A stretch of 63,746 nucleotides of DNA, filler included, from Salisapilia sapeloensis CBS 127946 (lineage: Eukaryota > Protista > Oomycota): assembly GCA_023334545.1 (NCBI GenBank). It is 19 parts of 19 records of this genome, joined end to end, with 100 filler letters (N's around TTAATTAATTAA, not from the genome) between each part and the next. Parts side by side here need not be neighbours in the genome. Positions count along the whole stretch, not along the records: positions 10,267 to 16,054 come from JAADVB010000590.1; positions 16,155 to 19,919 come from JAADVB010000725.1; positions 20,020 to 23,154 come from JAADVB010000784.1; 16 more parts are not named here. One strand, 5' to 3'. Under the pieces are notes generated by a model. That model searched no databases. It was not told where the DNA came from and saw only the letters and a list, made by a program, of their open reading frames with translations. Below, piece by piece: positions 11,397 to 23,254 of this stretch. How positions within the stretch are numbered: position 1 is the first letter of the stretch; each line of letters opens with the position of its first letter. A program made the translations under genes and the position numbers.

Positions 11397-14300
11397 GAGG
11401 TACATTGATGTCGGGTTACTTCCGGTATTTAAAGTCCGTCCCGGCACGCGCTAATCGCCTGCCAGCCCATCCGGCTTTGCCTTTCACTTAATTCCTATAT
11501 TATACTGATGCCCTAGTGTGTGGACTCATTGTGGGCAGTGGCTTCCAGACACCGTCCAATGTCGTGCGAGATATGATCCGGAGGAATCGTCCAGCACCCG
11601 CCTGAAGGCGGTCTTTGTGGGTCGTGGGCAGTGTTGCTGCATCTGCGTAGTGCGATGGAGGCAATATGGCGTGCCATGTGGTTGTATGCCACCGTGGTGG
11701 TCGTCCATGACGCTATGGTAAGCATGTCGGCGAGACTGCGGCACTCCCAGTAGATGGCGTGTTGACATTTTTCCGAGGAGGTGTGCGTGTGAGGTATTGC
11801 CGGGTGACATTTCGCGAGAGGAGGATGACATGGGCAGGGCCCACGGGTGATCTAGGCAAGCCTGGAGATCCAGCGCTAGGCCATTGTGAATATGGTGCTG
11901 TTGTGTATGGGGGCGGTTGCTTGAGTTGAATTCGCCAATTACCCAGCGGATCACGATCTCACTTGTAGTCGATCCAATGTGCACTACGATGGAACTTTGG
12001 GCACTAGCTCTAGGTCCGGTTGTGAGGCCATCGACAAAGAAGAGGGAAGGAGCATAAGGACCAGGTGTGCCTCGGCGGACAACCAGTCTGTGGGGTAGGA
12101 AAGCCTGTCGGATGTTGCGTACGGATAGCCGATGTACTAGGTAGTCCGGGTAAGGTGGAAGTGTAGCCAGTACGTTCACATAACATTGCCGGAGTCACGA
12201 CGCATGTGCATAAATTAGATCTTGAGCTTCCGGGCCCATCTATGCCAGTCTGCAGTGCCAGATCGCTTGTAGAAGTGTGGCGGTGCCCCCGCCCATAGTT
12301 TGAATATGATGCTACCTACATATTCAGTAGCTTGGACGGAATAGTCCTCGCCCCAGGTGGATGTGGCTGAGTCGAGTATTCTCCATACATCCATCGGGAA
12401 ATCGACCAAAGTCAGTGAGAAGAGTGCTGTAGTGGGAGTTTGCGTCTGGAGCCCAAGGTCCCATTACACGAGGAAGGTCCGCCGTAATTGCGCATCGGCC
12501 GGATAATCTATAAAGATGTGGGCCAGGTCTGTGAGGGGTCTGCTGGCATGGGTGATGCGAGCAGCCACTTTTGCCGTTGTTCTGGTTGTACACTGAGAGT
12601 GCATTCGTCTTGATCCGATAGAACACTTGACAGCACCACGCATTGGTGCCAGCAATACGCCATAGCGGAGACCAGCTCACCTTGGCAAGTCCTTGGGCGG
12701 CGTCTGAGTTGGCGTGCGTCCATTGAGAGCGTCGCTCTAACTGGCTGGCCGCACCTTTTCCCCTTTCGCTTGTTAGTGCTCACCTCCGATAATACCTGCG
12801 TTGGCGGGCTCGAGGTCGCGCCTATCGTCTGGATCCAGCCCATAGGTAGACCAGTCGGGTTAGCACTGGGTGAGGATTGACCTGTGCTTTGGGATCTTCG
12901 AGTGTAGCTCGGATGTGCAGGCTCAGCTCTGACATGCTGTTCACTGGATGAGTAGTACCTGGTTCGTCTGCCGGCTGAGGGAGCGACAGCATGGGTGGGT
13001 CACCCGCGTCGACATGCGCTAGCACACCTGGGGCCGACACGGAAGAGACGTGGACTGTTGTAAAGAGCAGCCTGTCATGCAAGACAGGGGGTAGTTCGCG
13101 ATAACTAGCTCTAGGAGGACGGACGAAGCCATCGTAGCGACGTCTGAAGTGGTGACATCCTGACCTGCGGCTTCAATGATGCGCTTCCCTGTTGTCTAGA
13201 GAGACTTCGTGTACACTCGTCCAGCGGTCTGCGTCGACTGAGTAACTGGCGTGATATACGCTGTTCGCGGTATGTTGTCAGCTTCGGAGAGCAGTATGTC
13301 GCCAACTAGGCGCTGCATGCAATCGCCCTGAAGGGCCCACTCGGTAATCACGACAGCAACGATGGTCTCCAGTTCAGCACGCAAGTTGGGACCTGTAGAC
13401 CACCTTCATTGCGTGGAAGGAGAACGACGCTGCGGTTCGTCCACGCTCGTCCTCCTCATTCAGCGGAAAACATGCCAAACCACACGAACTGGTCCAGTCG
13501 TGCTTGCATCGTCTGAACATCCTCCGATGTTGGCCAGTCATGGCGGGTCACATAAAGAAGCTTAGGTAAAACGATGGATGCCGCAAGTTCGCTGCGTTGA
13601 ACAACCGTGAGTGTCTTGTCTTGTGCGAGGACCAGCCGCAACTTGAGTTGAGATGATGCAAGATTTCAGGAGGTGCCATGAGGGACAGCAGAGCCAGCTT
13701 GGATCCCAAGATATCGCTCTTTCTGGTTGATAGGAACTAATGACATACCAGCAGATAGGATGGCATTGTCTATCATGTTTGGACCGAGGGCAATCACCAT
13801 GATTTTGCCGGCGTTGAGTTTCAGTCCAGATGCATTTCCAAATTCCGACGCTGTCTGGAGAAATGCACCAGTGTCTCGGAGATCATGTAGGTAGATAGAA
13901 GTGTTGTCGGCGTATGCTGAGACTCTGAGCTCCCTTGTCAGAGTAGTGTACCGGAGAGTTATGCCCTGAAGTAGTGAGGATTCCACCACTCTGTACAGGG
14001 GATCCAGAGTCAGTATGAAAAGAAGTGGGGCCAACGGGCACCTTTATCGAATACCGCTCGTTACGTCAATGGTTCGACTCGTGGCTCCATTCGCAAGGAA
14101 TTGAGTCGTGATGCGTCCATGCATACATTCTATCGCCTGACAGAATTTTAGAGGATAGCCATGACGGTGCAGCATCTGGATCATGAAGCTCTGGTCGAGG
14201 GAATCATACGCTTTTGAGAAGTCGAGGAGAAGCACGATCGCTTGGGCCTGGCTAGGATCCAAGTACGCCATCTTGACGGCCGCATGGTAGTTGTCAATCG

Positions 14301-14400
14301 CTGTGTGTATCTGTCCACCCGGGGCAAAGCCATACTGGTTTAAATGTATCCGTTCCGTCAATGTGGGGCTAATGAGTGCTATTTGGTACTCAGACAGGAG
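11397..14400 (-). mobile_element. 5'-truncated, decayed L1-like non-LTR retrotransposon (RT, degenerate RNase H-like domain, conserved 3' UTR)
   Basis: IHLNQYGFAPG, LLDFSKAYDSL, SGIR*GCPLAPLLF, SAYADN, GLKLNAGK, ERYLGIQ, AQDKTLTVVQR. LFFVDG and SWTT..YNHMAR lie near the 3' end, which terminates in GACATCAATGTACCTCA. Confidence 0.9.
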
Positions 14401-14557
14401 CAAAGGACGTTAATGCATCTTCTTTTGATAAATATATACTTATCGTACGAATGGTATGAACATGTAGAGCATCGCCGCATGAAGACTGATGGAGCGTTGG
14501 TCTCTTCGTCATTTGAATATGGCACTCGACAATTCTCGCTCACTTTTATTTCCAATA

Positions 14558-14778
14558 GGGGGATTTAAAGTAGTAGAATTTTGTCTTATATTTCTTGCGT
14601 TCTGATGCGGATATTTTGATCGTCCGATTTTGATCGTCAGATTTTGATAGTTTTAAAGTCTGATATATAACTATCAGATGCTGATCATTTTAAAGTCCGA
14701 TACTTATGCAGGTTGGTGATGATGATCTCGAACACATATGACGGATAAATTTGTCCAATTCCAGTACTTTGAACCCCC
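14558..14778. mobile_element. MITE, complete copy (~220 bp)
   Basis: Imperfect TIRs GGGGGATTTAAAGTAGTAGAATT and AATTCCAGTACTTTGAACCCCC, flanked by TA on both sides. Internal 14-bp subrepeat ATTTTGATCGTCMG x2.5 (14613-14650). No ORF. Confidence 0.75.
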
Positions 14779-14789
14779 TATTTAAATCA

Positions 14790-15300
14790 AATGAAATATC
14801 TGAAGCTCTTCCAGTCGCCTTTGGAGCTCACTCCAAGCTCGACAAGCTATTCCTGGAAGACAACAAATTACAGCGACTGCCACCGTCAATTGGACTGCTG
14901 AACTGCTCAGCGAGTAGCGTGAACCAGAACTGCCTAGTCGAACTTCCGGACACGATCGGAGACTTGGAAAGTCTCACATTGACCTCCGAAAGCATGCATC
15001 GTCTCTCTGTCTTCCCAAAGTCTAAATTAAATCTGCCCAGCTACAAGTCTTACATGCCTCTCGAATTCGACTACGTGAAACACCTCGACGGATTGGAGTA
15101 CTAGAGTATCTTGTTGACCTCCGGCTAGACTGGAACGACATGCAGGAGCTAGCACCCTCCTTCCGAAATCTCCGTCGACTCAAATACCGAACGATGGAAC
15201 GCAATCCACTGAAGAGGCGACTGGCAGGCTTTGCCTACATTAGTCGCCAATGTATCATTGAGCTCTTACAGCGTATTCTGGCGTTTGCGGAAAAATAAGT
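14790..15300 (+). pseudogene. Leucine-rich-repeat protein remnant
   Basis: LDKLFLEDNKLQRLPPSIGLL, NCLVELPDTIGDLESL, LVDLRLDWNDMQEL..SFRNLRRL; broken by stops and frameshifts. Confidence 0.65.
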
Positions 15301-15935
15301 GGCAAAGGCGGAGGCTGCCGACGGACAGCACTGCTGACTCGTCCGTACATGCTAGCGCATGAAGAAGGTACTGTTAAGCAAATGAAGCAAATAGATTACA
15401 GCTGTGGGCAAGCGGAAGAGAGATAATAAAATCGATTTTATTGGAAATATTGTGCTCGATCCTCTATAAAGCACTTGGAGATCGGAACCTCAATCGTCTC
15501 AAGCGGAATCTGCAAGTCCATGAGGACATCGTCTAGGTTGTACTCCCAAAGAAATCTCCGCTCTGGTTGGACCCGGACATCTGGATTCCGAGGACCCCGC
15601 TACACGAGTGCATGCCTAGGCTCTACGACGCGCATGGCGGCGAGTTCCAGCGCTTGCTTGACATCGATTCGCTTCTGCGGCCGTACCATTTAATTGTAGC
15701 CGTCTGTCGAGTGAGACATGATCTGGATGTACTTGATGTAGAGACAAGCCTAGTGCTGGAATGCCTCCACGATGGATGCTTGAGGCGGCCACGGTGTGTG
15801 GAGAGAGACTCTGACGTATTCGTTTGGTAGTGATATTGGACGGGTTCAGGAAGAGAGGACTGGTCCATATCGTTGCCGATGAACGTATTATCTTCGATGT
15901 TGACGTGCTCATCTAGGCCGTGTTCGCCCTCAATA

Positions 15936-16054
15936 GGGGGTTCAAAGTACTGGAATTGGACAAATTTATCCGTCATATGTGTTCGAGATCATCATCACCA
16001 ACCTGCATAAGTATCGGACTTTAAAATGATCAGCATCTGATAGTTATATATCAG
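15936..16054. mobile_element. Second MITE copy, inverted, cut by the gap
   Basis: 15932-16054 is the reverse complement of 14660-14782 (123 bp, no mismatch seen). Confidence 0.8.
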
Positions 16055-16156
16055 NNNNNNNNNNNNNNNNNNNNNNNNNNNNNNNNNNNNNNNNNNNNTT
16101 AATTAATTAANNNNNNNNNNNNNNNNNNNNNNNNNNNNNNNNNNNNNNNNNNNNAG

Positions 16157-16252
16157 TGTCTAAATTTCGATCCCAAGGAGCGCCCGAAGGCAATGCAGAT
16201 TTCCTTTGAATTGCGCAAGATGCTGAAAGATGGCAGTGTATCGGAAAGCTGA
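16157..16252 (+). CDS. C-terminal end of a TKL kinase paralogue (not in the ORF track)
   Basis: CLNFDPKERPKAMQISFELRKMLKDGSVSES* parallels the end of the kinase at 20362 (CLSFNPIKRPHATEIAYKLRNLLK). Confidence 0.75.
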   Translation, partial: CLNFDPKERPKAMQISFELRKMLKDGSVSES

Positions 16253-16877
16253 GTGCATAGAAGCGAAGTCGTTCTGATGTGCTGTTCGAAGCGAGAACTT
16301 CTTGGTGGTTGGTCATCTGCTTCACCAGATATGCGAGTTTGTCGACTTGGATCCATGCTTGTGTGGGGTCAATGGAATAGTTTTGCAAGTGTAAGTATTG
16401 GAGAAATACATGCCTCACATTCACCGACATCCAAGTTGACATCTGACTGTTCGATGTACGCTTTTATCGGAATAGCTACGAATATACTAACTAAAGTGGA
16501 AGCATGACGTCACCTTTACATCTCATACAGGCTATCGTGCCTATCGCTCTCTTTTGAGCTAATTATAGCAGAACAACATGTAAAAGCGCATTCTGTTGGA
16601 ATCATCACTTGCAATGAAGAAGTTGAGGAATGTATTTTAAATTGATACAAAGTCCACTTATCGATAATGACAAATTACAGTAGATGAGGGTAGAATACGA
16701 CGATCAGTCTAGTTGTACATGACAAATTAACATCTTGTACCCAGCTGACCTTGGCTGTCTTAACTAATGACCATCATCCACTCCATCTGAGTTATCAATC
16801 ATATCTGTCATGGTTTCTGGATCCTCTGCTCACGCTCTTCACTTTAGCTTTCACCCAGTGCATACGACTCTATCAAG

Positions 16878-18824
16878 ATGTACAATCCAACTGAACGAGT
16901 AAACCACTTAACAACCATCGTTGTGCTCACTCGTAGCATTGTTAGCTTGGAAGGACTCCCACAAGTCACAGAATTGCTTGAGGATTATTTAATTGACTGG
17001 ACTGTGGGCGAACTGACCGATGCTGCTCAACTATTGTGCTGGTATATTGTACAGCAGCTACAGCGTGTTCGAGATGACCCGCTCCATTACAAGCAATGGT
17101 GCATATTATTAATGATGGCCAGTGAGGAAGGACGTACTGACATACTCCAGTGACTCCGACAGCTACTCCAGCGTTGGAACATACCTTATGATTGTCTCGC
17201 AGCTGCCGCTGCATGGAATCATCCTGATGCGTTGGAACGGCTCAACGAGCAGCAAATTGATCACAATATCGATATTGAATTCGAGACAGTTAGAGCGGAG
17301 TGTTTGGAGGAAGAGCGAGACAACCTTTGCTATATTTATGGAGGGTACCCATACCGATGGGGGGGTAGAGGCCCTTATGATTGAACACGGCCATCTTAAT
17401 CTCATTAAGACGTTCGGATTAGAGAAGAACGAATGGGGAAGCCATAACCTCATGAACGCTGTGTTGGGTGGTCATTTGACTACGCTTCAGTACGTACATC
17501 GAGTCCATCGTTCGATAACAGAGATAGATACGAAACCTGTACCTGATGACCTTTATGGTGCTGCAGCTTCTATAAATCGAATTGATATCATAAAGTGGCT
17601 CCAGGCTATAGGCTTACAGTCAAAATCATCGATTGCATGCACGCTAGCTGCCAGCAATGGGCATTTGACATGCCTACAGTATTTGATGCAATCAAATATA
17701 GTCGAGTGGAACTTTGTCCATGTCGTGGAAGCCGCTGCTACTGGTGGTGAATACGAAGTCGTGCAATGGCTGTACACACAGCGAACGACCACTTTGAGTG
17801 CAGAGTCCTTGTCAGAGGTCGCTGCAAGTGGTCATTTGGAAATACTAAAAATTTTGTACACGTATGTGGACGATCCCAAAGTACCGTTCGGAAGCATGTG
17901 ATGGATTGGGTTGCTGCGAAAGGACATCTTAACGTATTACAGTTTTTTCATACAAGTGAGCTGTTCTGGGAGACCGAGGTCAAAATGTGCTCCACTAATG
18001 CTCTCGACGGGGCAGCGAAAAATGGTCACATGGATATAGTGCGTTTTCTCAGCGAAAATCGAACGGAAGGATGCACATGCAATGCCATTTATGGAGCCGC
18101 AAAGAATGGTCATTTAGAAATTCTCAAATACCTTGATGAAAGTCAAAGTGTAAGCTGTACAAGTTATGCGTGTGATCAAGCTTCAAAAGAAGATCACTAG
18201 GAAGTAGTGCGCTATCTTTTAACTTATCGGAAGGAAGGGTGTACTTCGGTAACAACCACAAATGCTTGTAGAGAGGGAAGGACAGATATCTTGTCGTTAA
18301 TAATGTCCAAAGGGTATGGCATGCCCACGGCGGCTGCAACCAATCAAGCAGCAAGAAACAACCATATTTACACTCTGCAATGGCTACATCGCCATGGATG
18401 TAACGTATTCATCTCCGAAGCGATGGATGGTGCTACACATTGGGGGTGTCAGGATGTCATCCAATGGCTGTACACCCATTGGTCGGAGGAGTCTGCAATG
18501 GCTCTACCAGAACCAAAGAGTTTGCCTGGACAATTAGAACTGTTCAAGTAGTTCTTTGAAAAGCATGGTATTATTGACAAAGAGAAATGTATGAGAGATG
18601 CGATGATATATGGTAGTCTCGAGGTCGTGCAATACGTTTTCGAGCAAGGAATATCATCCATCACGCGCCTGCCACTGCTTGTCGCTTGTGACCTTGGATA
18701 CGTTGAAAAAGTTGAGTGGCTTTTGCAGCAGGAATTATCAACTGTCACTGCCAAATATGACGCATCTGCGATCCATTCACCTGATAAGTTGCGGGTATGG
18801 ATTGAAAAGAACGTTCCGGAATAG
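16878..18824 (+). pseudogene. Oomycete-type ankyrin repeat gene with several frameshifts and stops
   Basis: Repeated MD.AA..GHL.(V/I).(W/F)L....EGCT units (e.g. ALDGAAKNGHMDIVRFLSENRTEGCT) spread over ORFs 16878-17153, 17122-17901, 17766-18200, 18207-18551 and 18591-18824. Confidence 0.8.
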
Positions 18825-19787
18825 AGACAACCTAATGCAAAATGATTTACACTGCATTCGCTTTCGTATGAGTAGTTTGTGTTAGTAGTGTGGGTGTATA
18901 TGATGTCCGGCAACCGATGGAGGATAAAAAGTATGATATTGCCAAGCATACATTGTATACAGAGATGGAAGACGGTAATGCAAATTTTGAGCGCGCATGA
19001 CATGCCTGGATTTGCCGCCTGCGGAGACAGGTTTGGGCCCGCTTTAATTATGGACATGGACGTATCGAGGTAAAGACCTTGTAGTGTAGCCACATGCGGT
19101 GCACTACTAGCAAGGAGTTACAACAAGTATTAAGATAAGGTAGCATATGACACAAGAGCAGTTTGAATTCAACTACTTGAGCCCGAAGCCAATGTAGGTG
19201 TAAGAACCGGAAAAGAGTACAAATTTCCATTCGAAGTAGAAACGCATGCAACATATCGTCACGAAGAAGTCCTTATTAGATGACAGACCCAAAAGAGATA
19301 CTTGCAGGAATGGATTGACAAAATCAGCCACTCGATTCAAAGGTAGAAGAGTTGGTCTATTACGATGTATACATCAAGCAACAACAGAATGAATTAGTAG
19401 ATTTAAAAAGAGGAGTAGGATGTAGTAATCTGCGATAAAATAAAGTTTGTTACCATGAAAAGCTTATACGGTGTCGAAAACATAGTTCGTCCTATGGCGT
19501 TTAGTTCACGATTAGATTGAAAGCCTATAAAGTCGTGGTTGTGACAATACAGAAGACCATGTCAGTGCAATGCCAAGGTTTCGATGCAGTTTTCTTTTCG
19601 TTGAATGCATTAAAAGTAGTTGGCGTAGAATAAGGGTAACAGGATATAATAATATTCCAGGTTTCTCTAAATTCTACACCCTTCAAAGTTGACGTTCGAT
19701 CTTCATAAAACCTTTGATTGTTATAATCAAGTTACATTACTGACTTGTTTATTTTATATACTATAAAGCTGCCACGGTAAATAACAT

Positions 19788-19860
19788 GGGGATGTAGCTC
19801 AGATGGTAGAGCGTTCGCTTAGCATGCGAAAGGTACTGGGATCGATACCCAGCTTCTCCA
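19788..19860 (+). tRNA. tRNA-Ala(AGC)
   Basis: GGGGATG-TAGCTCAGATGGTAGAGC; anticodon arm TTCGC-TTAGCAT-GCGAA; T arm CTGGG-ATCGATA-CCCAG; 3' CTTCTCC-A. 73 nt, with one T-T mismatch in the acceptor stem. Confidence 0.92.
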
Positions 19861-19861
19861 G

Positions 19862-19919
19862 GCGTGTGTAGTATAGTGGTTAGTACCCTTCGTTGTGGTC
19901 GAAGTATCCTCGGTTCGAA
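19862..19919 (+). tRNA. tRNA-His(GTG), 3' part lost in the gap
   Basis: GCGTGTG-TAGTATAGTGGTTAGTAC; anticodon arm CTTCG-TTGTGGT-CGAAG; CTCGG-TTCGAA. Matches the eukaryotic tRNA-His layout. Confidence 0.85.
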
Positions 19920-20019
19920 NNNNNNNNNNNNNNNNNNNNNNNNNNNNNNNNNNNNNNNNNNNNTTAATTAATTAANNNNNNNNNNNNNNNNNNNNNNNNN
20001 NNNNNNNNNNNNNNNNNNN

Positions 20020-20173
20020 TGTTTTACGGTTTTGTAAATGATCAGCTATCAGTCTTTAGATAGGAGCTACTTCTGGAGATAGCTGGTGTGGATTAGCGGA
20101 AGCAAAGGCATCCGAGAAGGCGGACCAAGACATCAGAGCTGTGAGTGTAAATTCAGACAACCGCTTTTAGCGA
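20020..20173. repeat. 154-bp inverted repeat, left arm (partner 23001-23154)
   Basis: Reverse complement of 23001-23154 with one mismatch. Contains AGCTACTTCTGGAGATAGCTG, similar to the MITE-family core at ~47976. Confidence 0.9.
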
Positions 20174-20361
20174 GGTTGGTCTTGAGCTGAGGAAGGAATT
20201 GTGGCGACGGTGCAGTGGAAATAGTGGGTATGTTGAACAATCAACAAAACAAAGCTAGGCATAAAAGGCAAAGATGTACTCATGCATATCCAGTTGTCAT
20301 TCACTAGCAAGCAAGAGAAATAAAAATTTGTCGTACCCTTGCCCCCGCTTTACAGAATTCA

Positions 20362-22707
20362 TCATGAATAGTGCTTTAGGAGATTCCGTAGCTTGTATGC
20401 AATTTCCGTCGCATGCGGACGTTTAATGGGATTGAAGGAAAGACATTGCATGCCCAAGTCTCGAATGGCAGGTGGGCATGTGTCACTGAAGCTTGGTTGG
20501 ATCCTACCTTCAACAACGTGATTCAATAAGACGACATCCGCCATCTCTTCACCACGGGATGATCGAGCATCAAAGTACGGTAGTTCGTGTGTGTCCAATT
20601 CAGAGAGAACGACCCCAAAGGAATAGCAGTCAGAGCTGTCGTCGTACGTCCCGTCTCCCGCAAGAACCTCCGGTGCTAGCCACTTGGCCGTTCCAACACC
20701 AGTGGTGTTCGTCCCGACTTCACTCGAGTACCGACTGACACCAAAATCAGTCACTTTAGCTTCATTCATTTCAGACAGCAGGATGTTGTGGGACTTGAGG
20801 TCTCGATGGAGGAGAGGTGGTAGGAACGAATGCACATAGACTAAGGCTTCTGCAACTCCAACGGCGATACGCAACTTCTCTTTCGTCCACTTCTTTGGTG
20901 TCCTTGGATTCATCAAATACGAGCGCAAATCTCCATTTGGCATGTACTCAAAGAGTGCTTGCAGGTCCGTTTCATTTGTCCACACAGCTCCTACCAACTC
21001 CACAATGTTCGGATGGTCCAAACTAGATGCTAGTTTGATTTCATCCACCAACCTTGTCGCTAAACCAGGCCCTTTGTTCCCCGTGACAAGGCGTTTGGAT
21101 GCAAAGTAAGTGGTCCTACGGTACAATATGAGCCATACTTCTCCATAAGCTCCGCCTCCGATACGTTGTACGTCCTCTACATCCTCATTGTTCATCTGCA
21201 AGGCCAACATGGTTTCGTCCGCCCATAGCGAATACTTGCTACCTACAGCAAAGACACTCCTGTCCGAGGTAGCTGCGCCAGTAGAGATGTTTTTACCTGC
21301 CTGCTTATGCTTTCGAAGCTTCAAATATAATATGCCGATGACGATCAAGAGTACAGCGACAACTGGGATGGCGATGTAGATGATATTAGTGCTGCTAAAG
21401 CCTTCGCTTTCTAAAACGATGATGCCCGTGCTGCCAGACGCACTGCTGCCCAAACTATCAGACATACTCTTGTCCAGAATATCAGGCGTGTTGCTGTCCA
21501 AACTGATAGATGAACTGTCAGAGGACTTGCCAGGTCCCAGAGCGATCATATCCTCTACGCTGTCCACTATACAAACGTAGAATAATCCCTGGACCTGTCT
21601 GCGTTCGCTGCATCCAGATGTGTCTACTTCATGGTTCATATCAAGTTCTTCTGCATCTTCTAACAACTGATAAATGTGCTTCGTCACGTTCACATTGGTC
21701 AGAGGATTGTTGCGGAATCGGAACTTTTTGACTTTTGTGACATTTTCTAGAGCTGGCGGGAAGGAATGGAAGTTATTCCACTCGAGTTCCAGTGCTCCAA
21801 TCTCTTTCGTAAGTTCTATCTCCGATGAAGTTAACGCATTATGGTCTAGGGTCAAAACTTCCATCGAGTACGGTAATACTGCTGTAAAAGACGTCAAATT
21901 ATTCCATGTGAGCTTCAGCGTGCCGATGTTGGACCGACTTAGCTCGACATCAAAGGCAGTCAAAAAGTTGTACTCGAGGTAGAGCATATCTAACGAGTCC
22001 AGTGGTAGAATGCTACCTGGGAGGGTTTTCAAGAAGCAGTTTTGGACAGCTAGAAACTCCAGTCTCGTTTCAGTCATCTTGCTAAAGTCCGGCTGAACTA
22101 GCGAGAAATCCATATTCGCGAACTCGACAGCCTTGATATCTGGAGATGCGTCCAAAAACCCATCGTCAAAGTTGGCTTGTGCCACCTTTCCTTTTACATA
22201 GCTTCTACCCTCTGCGGATCCTCCTATAATCGTCATCAGCAGTCACGCCACATTTCTGATTGATATATACGAGGCACCTTGGATGTAGACTTTGTCAAGC
22301 TTGGAAGAAATTTTTATAGATCCAAAGGCATTCACCACATCATCACTATAATGTGTCCAGTCGCTTGTGTCGTTCGGTAGCGAATCAACCTCTTTTTTCC
22401 ACCACTTCTCCCCACTGTGTTTCATCTCCCAGGAACTTTGGTAGTCACCAAATGGGAGCAATATGAACGTCGAGTTACGCCGTGCTTCATATTTATCCGA
22501 ACCCTTCAGTTTCTTACAGTCAAAGTCACATACCTCTCCATTCACTTGCCGAACGCACACTTCATCGCTGTCGCATTCGTCCGAGCAGTCTGTCGTGAGC
22601 ACATTGGCCAGGTTTCCACATACGCCATCACCTCCGCTTTGCGCTGCGCTTATGATAACCCAGGCTGCTAAAAGAGCCGCGTATAGCGAGAGTCCTTCGC
22701 TTCGCAT
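20362..22707 (-). CDS. LRR receptor-like kinase (signal peptide, Cys-rich cap, LRRs, TM helix, TKL kinase), one intron
   Basis: Signal MRSEGLSLYAALLAAWVIISAA; LRRs (LDMLYLEYNFL, LEVLTLDHNAL); TM IIYIAIPVVAVLLIVIGILYL; GGGAYGEV, HRDLKSHN, DFG, APE. A GT-AG intron at ~22232-22286 joins the two ORFs. Confidence 0.93.
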
Positions 22708-23000
22708 TCGTAGCTCTAATAAAGTGAATTCGTGGGAGGTGAGCGTCTGAAAGGGAGATATGACAAGCTTGTAGTCGGTTTGTATGTCCACTCTATGCAC
22801 CTGATGACGGCTGCTACAAGTGAGACTGCTACCATAAACCTCTAACCCATCATAACCTGCAGTTAACTATCTGGTCGAAACAATATTTTCTTCATGTACA
22901 TACCTGCCCAAACCAATACAACGTACAAAACACGAATATCTATCTCGCTTAGTTCAATCTCTGTTTTATGTTGAAGCTTTGTCATCAAGGCCTATCTAAG

Positions 23001-23154
23001 TCGCTAAAAGCGATTGTCTGAATTTACACTCACAGCTCTGATGTCTTGGTCCGCCTTCTCGGATGCCTTTGCTTCCGCTAATCCACACCAGCTATCTCCA
23101 GAAGTAGCTCCTATCTAAAGACTGATAGCTGATCATTTACAAAACCGTAAAACA
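23001..23154. repeat. 154-bp inverted repeat, right arm
   Basis: Reverse complement of 20020-20173. Confidence 0.9.
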
Positions 23155-23254
23155 NNNNNNNNNNNNNNNNNNNNNNNNNNNNNNNNNNNNNNNNNNNNTT
23201 AATTAATTAANNNNNNNNNNNNNNNNNNNNNNNNNNNNNNNNNNNNNNNNNNNN

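Noticed and set aside
16107-16442. Minus-strand ORF at the contig start
   Set aside because: The plus strand carries a clear kinase C-terminus here; the minus ORF has no recognisable features and runs into the linker.
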